A program made the position numbers and the translations under genes. A DNA stretch of 57,799 nt, filler included, from Sphacelaria rigidula (taxonomy: Eukaryota), in NCBI GenBank assembly GCA_964200075.2. It is 7 parts of 7 records of this genome, joined end to end, with 100 filler letters (N's around TTAATTAATTAA, not from the genome) between each part and the next. Parts side by side here need not be neighbours in the genome. Positions count along the whole stretch, not along the records: positions 16,545 to 24,716 come from CAXNAA020012039.1; positions 24,817 to 32,987 come from CAXNAA020012040.1; positions 33,088 to 41,258 come from CAXNAA020012041.1; 4 more parts are not named here. One strand, written 5' to 3'. Below are positions 24,151-37,524 of the stretch, in pieces; position 1 is the stretch's first letter; each line of letters starts with the position of its first letter. The notes beneath the pieces are model-generated. The model was not told the DNA's origin. It ran no database searches and saw only the letters and a list, made by a program, of their open reading frames with translations.

Positions 24151-26149
24151 ATCGCGCCACACACTCCAGGCGCCCAGCTTACTGCCGGACTAGACAACCA
24201 CTTTTGCTTTTCCCAGCGGGTTCTGCCAGTGCTTTCTGACCCGAACGGCACGAGACAAAGCACACGTTTACTCTGTAAAACAATGTTAGGATGCTTTACC
24301 CTCACGGGACTTGCCCCTGCCGTTCTTGCAGGCTCATCTCTACTATTGAGGCGAAAATGTGGACTTGAAGGCATCCCACGCTGAACTAAGGGCGTGTGTT
24401 TTGCCGGGAAAAACGAACTCGCACATACACACATGCACCATTGAAATAAGTGTGTAGTTCCACATACCCCTCACTTAGAGATTTATAGTACCCCCTAAAT
24501 CTACCCAGTCAATATCCTGCACAAGACGACACAAGAAGAGCGGGGGAAAACATGGGGAGGAGCTTCGTCAGCCCCTGCCCCGCACACGAACAGACCACAA
24601 AGACATGCACGGACAGTGCCGCCGATGCCTTTTCTCTCTGCTGATAGATGCGAAGAAACGAATTAATAGGGTTGCCAGAAAAATGAGAACGTATTTTGAA
24701 ATGAGAATCAACCGCTNNNNNNNNNNNNNNNNNNNNNNNNNNNNNNNNNNNNNNNNNNNNTTAATTAATTAANNNNNNNNNNNNNNNNNNNNNNNNNNNN
24801 NNNNNNNNNNNNNNNNCATGATTGATATGCCACTTCAGCCCCATATTTTGTATGAACCCCAAAATATAAAATCGGCTGTGAAGAGTCATTTCAATCATGT
24901 TCATATGTAGTTGGAAAAACCGAACTGTTTTGTTTTTACAGAGGTTGCGAAATTTGGTACATGTTGCTGCGCCGGGCGACCTCTACGCAGACGTCAGCCA
25001 GTCCAGTAGAGCGACGAAAGCTAGCTATGATCGGGTTTGCCTGCCGTACTGCCGCCGGCGTTGCTTGAAAGCCACAAGACCTATGAGGTTGGCGGTTGAT
25101 GGCGTGGGTGTCAAGTGCAACGACAAGTAGTTGATCATAGATCACCCTTGTTCTTCGTGGGTCCATATCTCGCCCCAGGTGGTAATGTGTGTGACCTTCT
25201 CACATCGGAACTATTTCTTGGAAGCTACGGTGCCGAGGTGTTCACGCAGCCAGCGCGTGCTCCAGATTGCAGCATGGGCGCATCCCTCTGCACCACGCCC
25301 GCAACGGTTAGATCACTACCATAGGTATCGTTTTCACTCCGCATGTCAAGAAGGTCTCTACAAGTGTTTGATGTCTCATACCCCTCTCCACCCCAACTGG
25401 CGTCTCGCACGCTGTCGTCGTTGGGCACCCAGAGAGTAGCTCACATACATGTCGGGTAAAATCAACGATGAATAACACCCCCCAAGTTCAAATCGGATAT
25501 ATCTGTTGTTTTCGCCGCACCACCGCCCTTGCTGGCATGTGTGTGGCAGAGAACAGTAGTAGCGGTGACGGGAACATTGCCCAATTTTCCAACGACATGT
25601 TTTTCAGCGCACAGAGGCGCGTCCTGTCCAAAAAGAGAGACAGAGAGAAATCCATCTTCGCATTGGCCACAGGCAAGAAGAGACGGAACCTCTCCGCACC
25701 TCGATGTTCTGGCACATGAAAATTCGGCACATGCTGGTGTAGTAACGTCGATGATGCCAGCCTCTCGAGCGATTGGTAATCGCCTAGCGAGGACACACAA
25801 AGGACACGGGAGACGAGCTTCCTCTCTGTCGTTGCTTCTCTCTCTGGTGATCTCGTCATCGACACGCGTGTACACCGCATTGGTTAGGCGCACTTAGCCA
25901 CAGCTGCTCAACTGCTGCGGACATTTGGGGGAGAAGATGGCTTCGCTCGGTCATGAGTGTTTCGCGCCATCGCTGCAAAAAAGAAATGTCACTTTAACCT
26001 CATTTTTGAGATGGACCCCATTTTTCAGGATCCGCTGTTATATAGACATTTGATACTATTCTGCCTCACTACGGGGGTCGGGATTAAGGTTGGGTTTCAT
26101 TAGGGATCAATGTCTCAATCGGATTCTCATGTACGAGGTTGGAGTCTGT

Positions 26150-26272
26150 CTGGTATATTCCACACCTTGGACAATATATGGTCAATAGTAGCAATATGCC
26201 TATACTTCAGGCAGTACATTTCTTGTTCATTGCACTTTGACTGTATATTGTTCAAGGTGTGGTATATTCCAG
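26150..26272. mobile_element. Fold-back MITE (related copies 30865-31034, 36472-36597)
   Basis: CTGGTATATTCCACACCTTGGACAATATA...TATATTGTTCAAGGTGTGGTATATTCCAG; shared (T)GGACAA...TTGTCCA motif. Confidence 0.65.
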
Positions 26273-27747
26273 GTACAGATAGACACCCACTCGATATTCC
26301 AGACGAACATAACCCAGGTTCACGTCCCAGATAGATACTCGTTTCCCAGATGACGGTTGTAGGAAGAAAATACGTCTCTCCTGGTCTCGTGGATGTGAGG
26401 GTCATACCCACCTTTCAATGTTCCTTCATGAGACGTAATCGGAACTTGCTCCCCGGAATGAACGTGTGCGGAACACCGTACACGTAGTCTTTCAACAAGG
26501 GCGGGTAGGTATGTGAGTTTGCCACTGCATGGGGAGCACCCTTTCGCACCGAACGTATGTACGCGCAACCCATGGCTTCTCAGTCTGTAGGCAGTATTTC
26601 AGCGACAAATGTCACTAAAGTCGTTTTTTCAACTCCTTCGTCATCACCTGAAAATCCCACTTCAACGGCACGATTGCACTTCCACAGTAACCCCCCTCCC
26701 CGCCCGCCCGCCCGTCCTCAGCAACACTTTATATCAGGATACTCCAAACCACCACTAATTCGTACGACTGCTGCCGGCCTACGCGATAGGCAGTCCACAA
26801 CCGGACAGACGACGCGTCAATCTTTGCCACACAAAAAACAAAAACTAGAACCGCGTCTTGTCCCAGCAGGTGACAGGACGGATTTCCCCCACTTCGAACG
26901 TATTATTGTGCATGTCAAGATGTGAATCACCGAACTTCATACTTGTATGCTGTATCTTGCCTGCCTCCTGTCTGTGAATTCGATACACTTCTGAAGGCCG
27001 CACACGCTGCTGAAAAACAAAAATCTAGAGCCATGCCTCACCAAGCCGACTTAGGACAAAGCACACCCTGCAGCAGCCTTCCCAAAAACACAAACAAACG
27101 CTGACTCGAGAATACTGCGTAAAATTTCAATGCATGTCCCACTCAAAAGTAAAATACGGGCGTTCAGGATTTCGATCTGCAAGAGGTCTGTCTCACTGAA
27201 CATAATCTGCTCTCAGTGTAATAATCTACAAGTTCCCTCCGATTTTGAACCTGTCAGAAGACGACTGTAAGCTGCAGCAATATCCTTGGCAAAGTCCGAA
27301 TCAACTCCGAGACTGACAGACTACCTGTAAAGCTGCAGCAATAAATATCCTTGGCAAAAAAACCCAAATCAACTCTGAGACTCATGTACAACATTCCAGC
27401 GTTCGTCTTTCGCAAAAACAAAACATATTATACTGTAGGATGAACACAGCTCACAGGCTTGCGTACAATCAACCGCTGCTGTTGCGCAGAAGCGTAGAAT
27501 CGCTGCGTACGCCTGACAACTACTGCTGTTTGCTCGCCACCCGAAATCCGGACGCTCTTGGCTGTGCTCCCCGCGAAACAACCAGTCAGCAATAGCACCT
27601 CTTGGTAGACCCCACAGAAGTGAGCCATCGGCATCATACACCTCGAGATGGGTATGAAAACGCTGCATGAAACCCCAAGTAATTCCTAGAAAAAAAAAAG
27701 ACAGATAAAGGCACTCAAGGAACGGAGCGGAGTTCACCAACCTCGGA

Positions 27748-27970
27748 GATATATTCCGAGGGCAGGTCGAGTGGAGTATACTTAATATCGGGGTATTTTG
27801 AAAGTCGCACTTGAGGTACACAAATTGGGGGTAGGGTGTTAAGGATCGCTTTCCAGTTATTTTTTGGGTACGACTCCCAACATTCTATCCTAATTCGAGT
27901 ACCTCAAGTACGTCTTTCAAAATACCCCGCAATTGAGTATACTCTACTCCACCTGCACTTGATATATTCC
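27748..27970. mobile_element. MITE-like inverted repeat (~70-bp arms)
   Basis: GGAGTATACTTAATATCGGGGTATTTTGAAAGTCGCACTTGAGGTAC versus GTACCTCAAGTACGTCTTTCAAAATACCCCGCAATTGAGTATACTCT. Confidence 0.7.
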
Positions 27971-29079
27971 TCTATATTCCGTCCAGCCGACGTTCAACAC
28001 CTCCCGTCTTCTCTTACGGAAAAACTGACCGTACTATTATTGCAGGGAAATAAATTACATTTCGCCTTTTCTTTGCCCCCCCCCCCCCCCCCCCCCCCCC
28101 CTCCCGCGCACCCTCGAAGGGTAGAACAGCGTGATTTCGTGACACTAACGTGCTGCTTACGGGAATGGTCTTCTCCCAGTCGGGGAGAAAAAAAACGATA
28201 ACTCCTCTCTTACATCATGACAATCGAACCGCAACAACGCTATCTCAACCCCTTTTTGACCGCCAGGGTAAACGATCCGTTGAATCAGCGATAATTCACC
28301 TTATTTCTCCGGTGTACATGATGCCGATTCGACGGGTCGCGTACCCTTGCCGTCGAGGGGTCAAGTTGCACGAAATTAAAGCGTTCCTGGACCTCAAGAC
28401 AGCTACCGGGCACACGCGGCCGCACGAAGGTTCGCCGCTGCCAGACTTGCTGTGACTGATAGTCACAAGATAGCTATTTCGCGGGAGATTCAATCGCGGG
28501 CTCATAAAACGTTATCACAAAAACTCGCCGCATCGCACGGCATCATACACACCTCAGGGTACCGGGCACCGTCATTAAGTCCGCGGGTGACGGAGGCAAC
28601 TCAACCCCCACTTTCTCTGAACGGAGCACACAGGCACCCAGCGCTTCCAATGTATATCGACAAGCAGTATGACAATACTGGATGCAAGCTTCAGTATCAT
28701 CAACAGCCATTCATTGCCCTTGGCTTGGAAGACATCGACCTCAGAAATATTCTCCGGGAGGCAGCAGCGGCGTTGGCAGCAGTGGGGATGCTTGCTGTAC
28801 GCGGTAAAACTACCCCAGGCGAGCGTCCTTTCTACTAAACTTGTACGGGTTGGAGCACGCCCGACAGCATGGTAGGCTACTCATATGGGCACGCCTTTTG
28901 GCTCCCAAAGCTTGGCGGCTGCCGGATTTCCGGCTTTCATTCGCGATGATATAGAGCTATTGATGTAGGTCACAAAAAATAAATTATGGAGCAAATAAAT
29001 CGAGGAAAAAAAACACATGTTGAAAGCTCGTTTCCCCGCGCACACTCGTAGACAGGAACTAAACCATGCTGCTACCACA

Positions 29080-29239
29080 TCACAGCTGCACAAACTGAAG
29101 TATCCCCGAGAGCAAGACGGCTATGGGCACGGCTGAGAGCAGGTACACCGCTGTGAGAGTTTTTGCCATAGAGGCCGCCAATTCTGGCTTCTTCTCCATC
29201 TGCAGGATCACCACGCTGTTTTGGGCCGACGGCATGGCT
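29080..29239 (-). CDS. Terminal exon of an auxin-efflux-carrier family (PILS-like, Mem_trans) membrane transporter
   Basis: CACAG| phase 2; encodes AMPSAQNSVVILQMEKKPELAASMAKTLTAVYLLSAVPIAVLLSGILQFVQL*, the MPSA crossover motif plus last TM helix; upstream exons not located. Confidence 0.7.
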
Positions 29240-29814
29240 CTGTGATTATCGGGCGCAACAAACATCGTGACGATGGACCGCGCACAGGGAGGAGGGGGTG
29301 GGGGAATTATACCACATATGATGTCGGTTTTTTCAACCCCGTGAGAGACAATCTTTCTCAGACAGACCCCTGGCGGCTGGCCCTATGGGAGTATGACAAA
29401 AACAACTGCTGATCTGGGTCGAACAAATTGCGCATCATGAGTGAGGGGTTGTGGTGCATGACTGACATACGTTACGATGTCATTGGGGGATAATACTCGC
29501 GAACGAAGAGGAGCTGCTCAGCTGCAGTGTCGGGGCTACACGTCGGCGTCAAGGGTCACCCGGGTAAATTGTTCCGAAAATAGGTATTATGCCCGAGGTT
29601 TTCAATGACAGACTGACTGGTCAAGTTGTTTGATCTGGAAGGACGTAAAAAGATCCCTTCAATCAGGAGACGGGAGAGGGGAATGACGGTGATCCCCGAC
29701 ACTCGCCGTAAGCGTCTAATAGGTTTGAAGTAACGCGCAGGGGAATTTGAATCAGAGCACTCATCGTTACACGTCATAAGTCATCATTGCATGTCACGAG
29801 CTAGGGGTCGGCCC

Positions 29815-29913
29815 AGGCTAGAACTACGGTGGGGGACCACGTGGGGAGCGCTGGTGCAGTTAGTCAAGTCGAATCGGGGCTTCCCACGTGGTTCCCCACC
29901 GTACTACTAGCCT
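29815..29913. repeat. Short inverted repeat (~35-bp stem)
   Basis: AGGCTAGAACTACGGTGGGGGACCACGTGGGGAGC / GCTTCCCACGTGGTTCCCCACCGTACTACTAGCCT. Confidence 0.8.
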
Positions 29914-31179
29914 TGCCCAACGCCGCTTAACTTGTGACGTGTAACGATAGTTTGTGAAGTGTAACCATAAGTACCCTGATTTTAATGCCCCTGTTTTATA
30001 CACTGCGTAGTGTATGTAGTTGCATACTATCACCTGTTCCATTTTCTCAACCACGTCCACATGATTTAAAGGCGTCTTCGTTACCTGAGGGAAAGTGGCC
30101 GCTTCGGGCCCGGCCAAACGTGCGAAGATACTGTCGAACAGCAATACCAAAGTTTGCTGGCATTGACATGCGGCACTCAGTACAGAACTGAACAGAAATC
30201 GACATTATAACGTTATCATTAGAAAGAAACGCGCATGAAACGATTTGCAGGTGGGAACACGCGGATTTTCGTAGAGGAGAAACTCTCTGTTCCCCCGCAG
30301 CAGCACACAACTTATACTGTCTGCCTCGTATCAGCTACAAAACTTCCCTCTCGCTGCTTAATAATCCTGCTGGATTCGATCCTTGCAGGGGAGAGAAGGA
30401 GGCAGATGCTGAATCTGCACAACAGTGCCCAACACAGCGATACAGAGAAACGAATCAGTATCATTTCACAGTTTGCACTCTGCTTTGAGGACCTCCATGG
30501 TTCTTTTACAGAACTTCACCTATAACATAAAAAAATATATATAGCGATGCAAATGAGGAAGAAATGACGGGGCAAAAATTGAAAATTGCCCAGTCAACAA
30601 CGCTTTCGTCGCGGTGAGTGCCAATCGTCAAGAAATGACGGAGCTCCGCAAGAAGGCCGAATGCTGCCGGATCAACAAACGATGATAAACATATAGATTC
30701 CCTCGAGCAAGGGCTCTGACGTTTATTTGGGGGTGTACCAGCAGCACGAACAGTCCGTCGTTCGGGCGAAGAGAGTGTAAAATTCGGGCGCGGTACGGTC
30801 CTCGATCGGAAAACCAGCCACACCATCTGATCTTGACATTTTTTTTTTCATTTTGATTCCACATCCTGGATTGAATAATGACAATACATGGTCAATAGAT
30901 GCAACAGACAAGAAGTGTACTGGATATAGTATTGGCCTATTGTAACTAATGACGACCAACAGTGGTTGCAATAGGCCTAAACTTTATCCAGTACATCTTT
31001 TGTCAATCGCATCTATTAAGCATATATTGTCCAGAGTGTGCAATATTCACAAAACATTTTCGTTTTGTACTCTCTTCTTGTTCTTGTCGGGTTTTTTGTT
31101 GCGCATTTTCTTTACTTCAACCCCTGCCCTTCCTCGGGACGACTCCGTGGCAACGGCGAGAAAAAATAGAAACGTTTCA

Positions 31180-31992
31180 GGCCGCTTCTTGTGGCAAACG
31201 AGCGAAAACAAAAATCTGGAAAAGTGTTTATTTTGGACCTCCTACGCGGTAGATCTAAGGCTTTGGTCATTAAGCTATGGTCGACAACATGACTTGATTT
31301 TAGACTTGAGATAGTTTTGAGAAAATGTATGGTTTGGGGCAGGTCAGCAGTGGACCCAGCTCATCCAGAACGTGTTTCTGTCAAAATCGGCGCCTGCGGC
31401 GGCAATTTCAGGTTTGCCAAAGCACATGTTGCCCAGGGGAACCTATGTAACCCCCTTGCCCGAGGATCTCGCACGCCTGGGGTCGGGGTTAGGGTTAGGG
31501 TTATTGTTTGTTCGAATAAATCAACCATAGATATACGACCAAAACTTGAGGTCGCCTCTTTATACGTCGTATTGCGCCGTAAAAGAGAGCTACAAACAGT
31601 AGCTAGGCGGATTTCGATACCTTGGAATGACTGCCTCGCTGTACTCGCAGAGACGGTTCTAGCACATCTCTACGTTTTCCCGGCGGCCGCAGTTTTTTGT
31701 TGGCCAACATTTTGCATTTTTCTCGAAGATAGGTCAAGTCCAGAAAAAATGCGAAACTCGTCCGGACTTGACCGGTTTACGACACAAGTGCAAGGTTGGC
31801 AAAAAAAAAAAAACGGCAATCGGAAAAACGCAAACGTGTGCTGGAACCGTCTCAACGTGTACAGCAAGGCATTCTTCCAAGGTGTCAAAATTCGCCTATT
31901 ATAGCTCTCTTTTGGGGCGTACAACGACGCCGAAGCTCCAAAAACGCCTTTTTCCAGATGATTTTCATCGTTGCTTGCGATAAGAAGCGGCC
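31180..31992. mobile_element. Non-autonomous PIF/Harbinger-like element
   Basis: ~60-bp imperfect TIRs starting GGCCGCTTCTT; the same right end recurs at ~33160-33267 followed by TCA. Confidence 0.65.
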
Positions 31993-31995
31993 CCA

Positions 31996-32229
31996 GAGTG
32001 TAATGCTACGGTAGGGGTGCAAAAATAAATTGAGGTTAGAATCGTTAGGAGTCCTTTATCTAAGTAAGAGTACGCCAGGATCACTATTATTCCAATGTTC
32101 CAGGGATATCCCGAATGGATTTGCAAAGGGGGATACCCTGACCCATATTCTTGCGCCTCTAGAATCTTCAGGAACCCCTAAACCAGACAAACTTTTGCGC
32201 AAAAGCGCACCCCTACCGTGACATTGCTC
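31996..32229 (-). mobile_element. Sola2-like MITE, family A copy 4
   Basis: Reverse-oriented copy with the same TIRs; 4-bp TSD CCCA. Confidence 0.85.
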
Positions 32230-33948
32230 CCCATGAAAAAATCGAATGTAATCGCCGGGAATCGAACCGGCATTCTTCCGACTTTATGACTGCAATTGTA
32301 CCATCGATTCAGATCAAGGGGGGCGCGACGGAGCTTCTGAAGAGGACAGAGCCTAACTATGTCCACGGACATTTTCGTTTGGGTCGATGTTTCAGTGAAG
32401 ATGAGTTGTTGCTGCGAATCAGTTTCGCTTTGTCCGTGTGGTATGGGAGATACGAATGTTCCTGTGAAAAATACTTCAAGACTGCTCGACGTCCCCACAC
32501 AACCAAAATCAAAGACATCCATAACCCAACAGTATCAACAGTCAAAATGACCGACCTTATGTCAACCCCTTTGGGAACCAACCCATTGAAGATATTTGTT
32601 TTTAACTGGCATCATTTTGACTTGAATATGAATGAAAATGATGCCGATTCGCAAAAACAAACATTGTCAATGGGCTTCAAAAGGGTTAAGGACAGAATGT
32701 CGACAGTTGTTGAATCCAACACGGGCTGAGCTCGTCGAGGGGTTGGATACATGAATATTTGTATCCCCCTTCATCTATAAGGGAGTACTCGTATGGACAC
32801 TTAATTTATTTCCTGCGGTTTCGGATGTGCCTCTTGACCTACCCCCCTCCCTCCGCCATAAGATATGTAAAAGGTTGGTGTGCAATGTATGGAATAAGCG
32901 TAATGAGCGCCCAAATGTTGAAGGTGTCTCTCTAAGGGAGTATAGTAGTCAGCGTCAGAAGTTTTCAGAATTCGTAGTCGTCCTTTTNNNNNNNNNNNNN
33001 NNNNNNNNNNNNNNNNNNNNNNNNNNNNNNNTTAATTAATTAANNNNNNNNNNNNNNNNNNNNNNNNNNNNNNNNNNNNNNNNNNNNAAAAGGAAAACTG
33101 TGACCCCCGGAAAACGGGAGGATGTCCTGGACCCGCCTCAACTAGTAGAGCAAGTCATTCCGAGGTGTCAAACTCCGCCTTGCTCTCGTTTGGGGCGTAA
33201 AACGACGTAAAAGCTCCAAAAATACACTTTTCCAGGTTTTTATTTTTGTCTACTGTAAGAAGCGGCCTCATATTTCTTTTGTAAGTTAATATATATAGTT
33301 TTTTCAAGCCCCGCTTCAAGCATTTTTAGCGCAAATTAGGCGCGCTTTACGCGCCTCATTCCCGTTGTTGTTGTGGTGTAACAATCCTTATTTATTTAAT
33401 TAATGTACCACATTATATATACATATGTATCGAATAATATGGAAAAAAATAATCAAGATCGTACAGAGTAGCAGAAATCAAGAGCGGTTGAGTTTGGTCT
33501 TGAAATAATGGGAAAATACTTTGAGATACTTTTTTTAAACATTCCAGACATGAAATAAATGTTGCACGCAGCTATGCCACGGCGCATGCACGTGCTGCGT
33601 GCGTGCTACGCGCAACCCTCGTATTTTAATTGGCACCATAGATAGGGCTTAGCCGGGCTTGCCTAGAGTGAACAAGGAGCAAAACGGAACTAGGGCAAAT
33701 CTAAGGCAAATCTAAGGCATCATGCCTCGTCCATTTAAGGCATCTAAGGCACGAAATCGGGTCTAAGGCATTGCCTGAAATTTTGCCTGACCCCCGATTT
33801 TTTCGCCTGCGGTAGGCTCTCATTCATTTACCTTAGGCCCGCCTTCCGCGTGCGTTAGAAGTCAGGGCCTAGGTGATGGGTATTACACAAGAATCCTTCC
33901 TCCACCCACCCCTTTTCCCTATACTTTTGAAAAATAAATACAACAAAG

Positions 33949-34130
33949 AACCACTTTTGTTTTGGTTCTGATTCGGAACCAACGGTGACGACACGAATAC
34001 AATCAACCACAGTTGTACAGTCACTCCAGAGGACGAAGACACACTCGAGCCTAGAAGACGTCATTTTTCGTGAGGACATAATGGCATCTGGCAATCCAAT
34101 AGGGAGAAAACCTGCTACCGAAGATTCCAG
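33949..34130 (+). CDS. 5'-most identified exon of the amino-acid transporter (start either acceptor 33949 or ATG 34081)
   Basis: Open frame ...HSSLEDVIFREDIMASGNPIGRKPATEDS; donor AG|GTACAG, phase 2, matches the next exon. Confidence 0.55.
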
Positions 34131-34748
34131 GTACAGTACTGTAGTGTAGGCGCCTATTCACGGTGTTGTGGTGTACTTGGAGCACGTATCTGATGCGAGG
34201 ATTACAGACGGTTCAACATTCCAGCTGAGAGCGCTTGATTAGGTTTTCACTTGCAATTTTCTCCCAACACGGCGGCGGGTACGCCACTTACGACCACAAA
34301 GCCCAGAGCTTAATTTCTGGATGGATTCGGTTGTTGTATGCAGGTTAATTTGATGATGCAGAGTCTTGTTTCACGAGAAACAACGAGCTTTTAAACTCCA
34401 AAGATCCTTATAAGAGGGGGTGTTATACCCCGTCAGCAACGGCCGCTTGCGGTACAATCCTCCCCGTTTTGGCCCGCACGGAAGGATGTATCGGTTGGTC
34501 GGTTGCGCGAGTGGTTGCAACGGGATGTGCTACCGATCTTTGTTGTCGTGAGTGTACGTATCATGAATGATCCAGCAGGAATGCGGTGGGTACCATCTGG
34601 ATCGTGTGCAGCCGCTGTTAGGTGCGTCAATGGGTGGGAAGCACGGCACGAAATGCACGTGAGCTGCGCTTTAGGCGACACGGCGCTCTTGTCCGAAACG
34701 GACTTGTCAAGCGCAACACCACGTGGGGGATTGGAGACGCACACATGA

Positions 34749-34755
34749 ACACACA

Positions 34756-34805
<50 letters not shown>
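34749..34805. repeat. (CA)n microsatellite (also 44396-44433)
   Basis: Seen directly. Confidence 0.95.
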
Positions 34806-34808
<3 letters not shown>

Positions 34809-35411
34809 GCGCGCACGTACATGTGATACTGTTGAGGTAGCCAGCGGTAAGATGTTCGCATTAACAGAAATGACGCCTGAGACCGCTCTGACAAGATTTT
34901 ATCGCCATCTTTCGCTGAATGCCAAGGAGATGGCGCCCGGTTTTATATCGTGATTATGTAGACTGATGTAGGTTGGTCCTATTGATGAGAGTGAAGCCTC
35001 CGCTGATGTCTCGGTTGCAATGATTCTTCATATCCGCACCTGGTGTTGCCTCTTGTTGAGCCAAGCGTGGAGTCATAATCGCCGGCGTGGCTTTGCTTGA
35101 CCTTCTCGTTGTGGCTCCTATCAAGACACGAGTCACCCTGAGGTGATATCTAAAAACAACAACATGTAGTCACAGTCCAGATCCTCGTGATTCCATTAAC
35201 GTATGTTACGCGGGCATATCCACATTCGCCCCTCGACACTCATCCGGCGCATCAAGATACGCATCTCCAATTATGGGCGATTGCCGTCTCGTAAAATCAC
35301 GCAGACGATCCCCTCGTGAACCCCTCCCTCCCCCCCAAGAAAGGCCATGGGCTTTGCTCCCTCGGCACTGACACTCTTTGCGCTTTGCACGTCATCCCAC
35401 GTCGAACGCAG

Positions 35412-35577
35412 AGACCCAGAAGACGACGAGCCATTGCTAAACCAGGGCAACTGGCGACAGCAACGGCTAGAGCAGCAGCAGCAACCTGCCATGCGGATGT
35501 CGAGCAGTGCTCCAAACCTGGCGCGCCAGCCCAGTACGTTGCAGGTCTTTGTCGCGGGTCTCGTGTCGGACGTAGAG
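35412..35577 (+). CDS. Exon of AVT3/4-like amino-acid transporter (N-terminal tail)
   Basis: CGCAG| phase 2, GAG|GTAAGT phase 0; DPEDDEPLLNQ...FVAGLVSDVE. Confidence 0.75.
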
Positions 35578-35869
35578 GTAAGTTTCACGAAATTACTGTC
35601 CGTGAACGTCGTCTACTTTTGTCATGGTACGTGCAAATGGGCATAAGTCTCGCAAGAGTTGGCGCCCCGGATGGTGCCGCGTTGTGAAGGCGACAGACTT
35701 ATAGTAGCGTTTTGACCGGCGATTCCGAATCTTGATACACATGTATTTTTCCACGACATGGAACACCCCGCTTTGTATCACACTTACAGGGGAAGCCTAC
35801 ATGCATATTATATTCATGTCAAGACTTGGGCATCATTCCCCCGAGATGAGACTCTCAACAGAATATCCA

Positions 35870-37396
35870 GGGCAACGGCCTAGAAAAGGTGTACCTTCTC
35901 GTATTTTGCTTGAGAAAGGTACGAAAAATGACCAGACACGCGAAAACAGCGAAACATGAGTTCTAGACCGACTTCGTTCCGAATTTTCCACTCACAGCAA
36001 TCAGGGGACTCCTCGGCACCCGGGTCTCGAAAGAAAAAAAGAAAAAAAACTGCGACTCGCGAGATATAGTCATGCGCAGGAGGACGTCTCGCCTCCAGAA
36101 ACCACTTCCCCCTTTTAGGCCAAATTTCGGCCAGGTATACCTGATCTAGGAATTCTATTTCAATCGTACCTCATCTGAGCCACCAGTCGGCTCAGACAGC
36201 ACCTATCCTGGGTCATCGCTTCCCACACTGTACTTGATGCGGCACACTGCGCGCAAGGGAATCTACGCGCCAACTCGAGTCATGGCGCCCACACACTGGG
36301 CTCTTTTCCCGCCCATTTGCCGTTCGCGAACTCCACAACGACGACATGTTACTAACCCTAACGCCACAACCATTAACCCTTTTGCGACCGGACTCCCCAC
36401 AACGGTATGTTTGTGGCTCTTTTCCCCACTCTTCCCCCCACAATCGTGTGTTGGTGGCAGGCGTCCACGCCCTGGACAACATTTTCTATTGTAAAAAAAT
36501 GTACTGCGTACAGTATGGAATCTATTGTCTATTGTAATAGGCGCAATAGTCGATACTGTACGCAGTACACTTTCTAACTGTGTATTCTATTGTCCAGAGT
36601 ATTCAGGTGTCCACTAGTTTTGTGTTCAAGTGAAAATAATGCCAATTCACACCTTTTTATGAATTGGTATCATTTTCAGTTGAAAACAACACGAATGGAT
36701 ACCTGCCACTATCACACGATTGCGGGGGTAAAGGGTCCCAAAAGGCTTAATACGTAACATGCGACATCATCCCCAGATCGCACACATCCCCAGATCGCAA
36801 CGGCACGATGGTACACAACACTCCGCAAGCGCAAAAGACCGACGCGTTGTGATTTGTGAGCCCAGGTTTCTTGTGTCGATGCGGACAGACTTGAGAACCA
36901 TTTCCGGGGAGAGAGGGTTGTGGTCGTTGTGGCGTTCGTGAACGGCAAATGGGCGGGAAAAGAGCCCAATGTGTGGGCGCCATGACTCGAGTTGGCGCGT
37001 GGATTCCCTTGCGCGCAGTGTGTCGCATCAGGTATAGTGTGGGGAGCGATGGCCCAGGATAGGTACTATCTGAGCCGACTGGCGCCCCAGATAATGTACG
37101 ATTGAAAAAGAATTCCTACATCAGGTATACCTGGCCGAAATTTGGCCTAGGAAGGGGACGTGGTTTCTGGAGGCGAGACATCCTTTTACGCATGACTATA
37201 TCTCGCGTGTCACATGCTTTTTTTTGTGTTTTTTTTCAAGGCCCGGGTGCCGAGGAGCCCGCTGATTGCTGTGCGTGAAACATTCGGAGCGAAATCGATC
37301 TAGACTGTGTGGTTCGCTGTTTTTGCGTTTCTGGTCATTTTTCGTACCTTTCTTAGGCAAAATACGAGAAGATACATCTTTTCTCGGCCATTGCCC
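35870..37396. mobile_element. Non-autonomous MULE-like element with ~470-bp TIRs, intronic
   Basis: 35870-36340 is the reverse complement of ~36922-37396; termini GGGCAA...TTGCCC; 9-bp flanks GAATATCCA/AAATATATA (6 of 9 match). Confidence 0.8.
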
Positions 37397-37524
37397 AAAT
37401 ATATATTTGCCTCGCCTCGCTGCCCTGTGCTGAAATCCCCGCGACAACTGCATTTTCCCTTTGTTGATATAGATTTGTTGTTGTCATTCACCAAGCCCCC
37501 TCCCCCCTTCCCCTCGCCCCCAAG

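Noticed and set aside
30085-30156. Minus-strand exon QTLVLLFDSIFARLAGPEAATFPQ
   Set aside because: Splice sites are plausible, but it is phase-incompatible with the AEC terminal exon and has no recognisable homology; left unresolved.
32780-32940. LINE ORF2 C-terminal fragment (LVCNVWNKRNERP)
   Set aside because: The W..RN motif is suggestive, but no overlap with the other retroelement fragments can be shown within this window.
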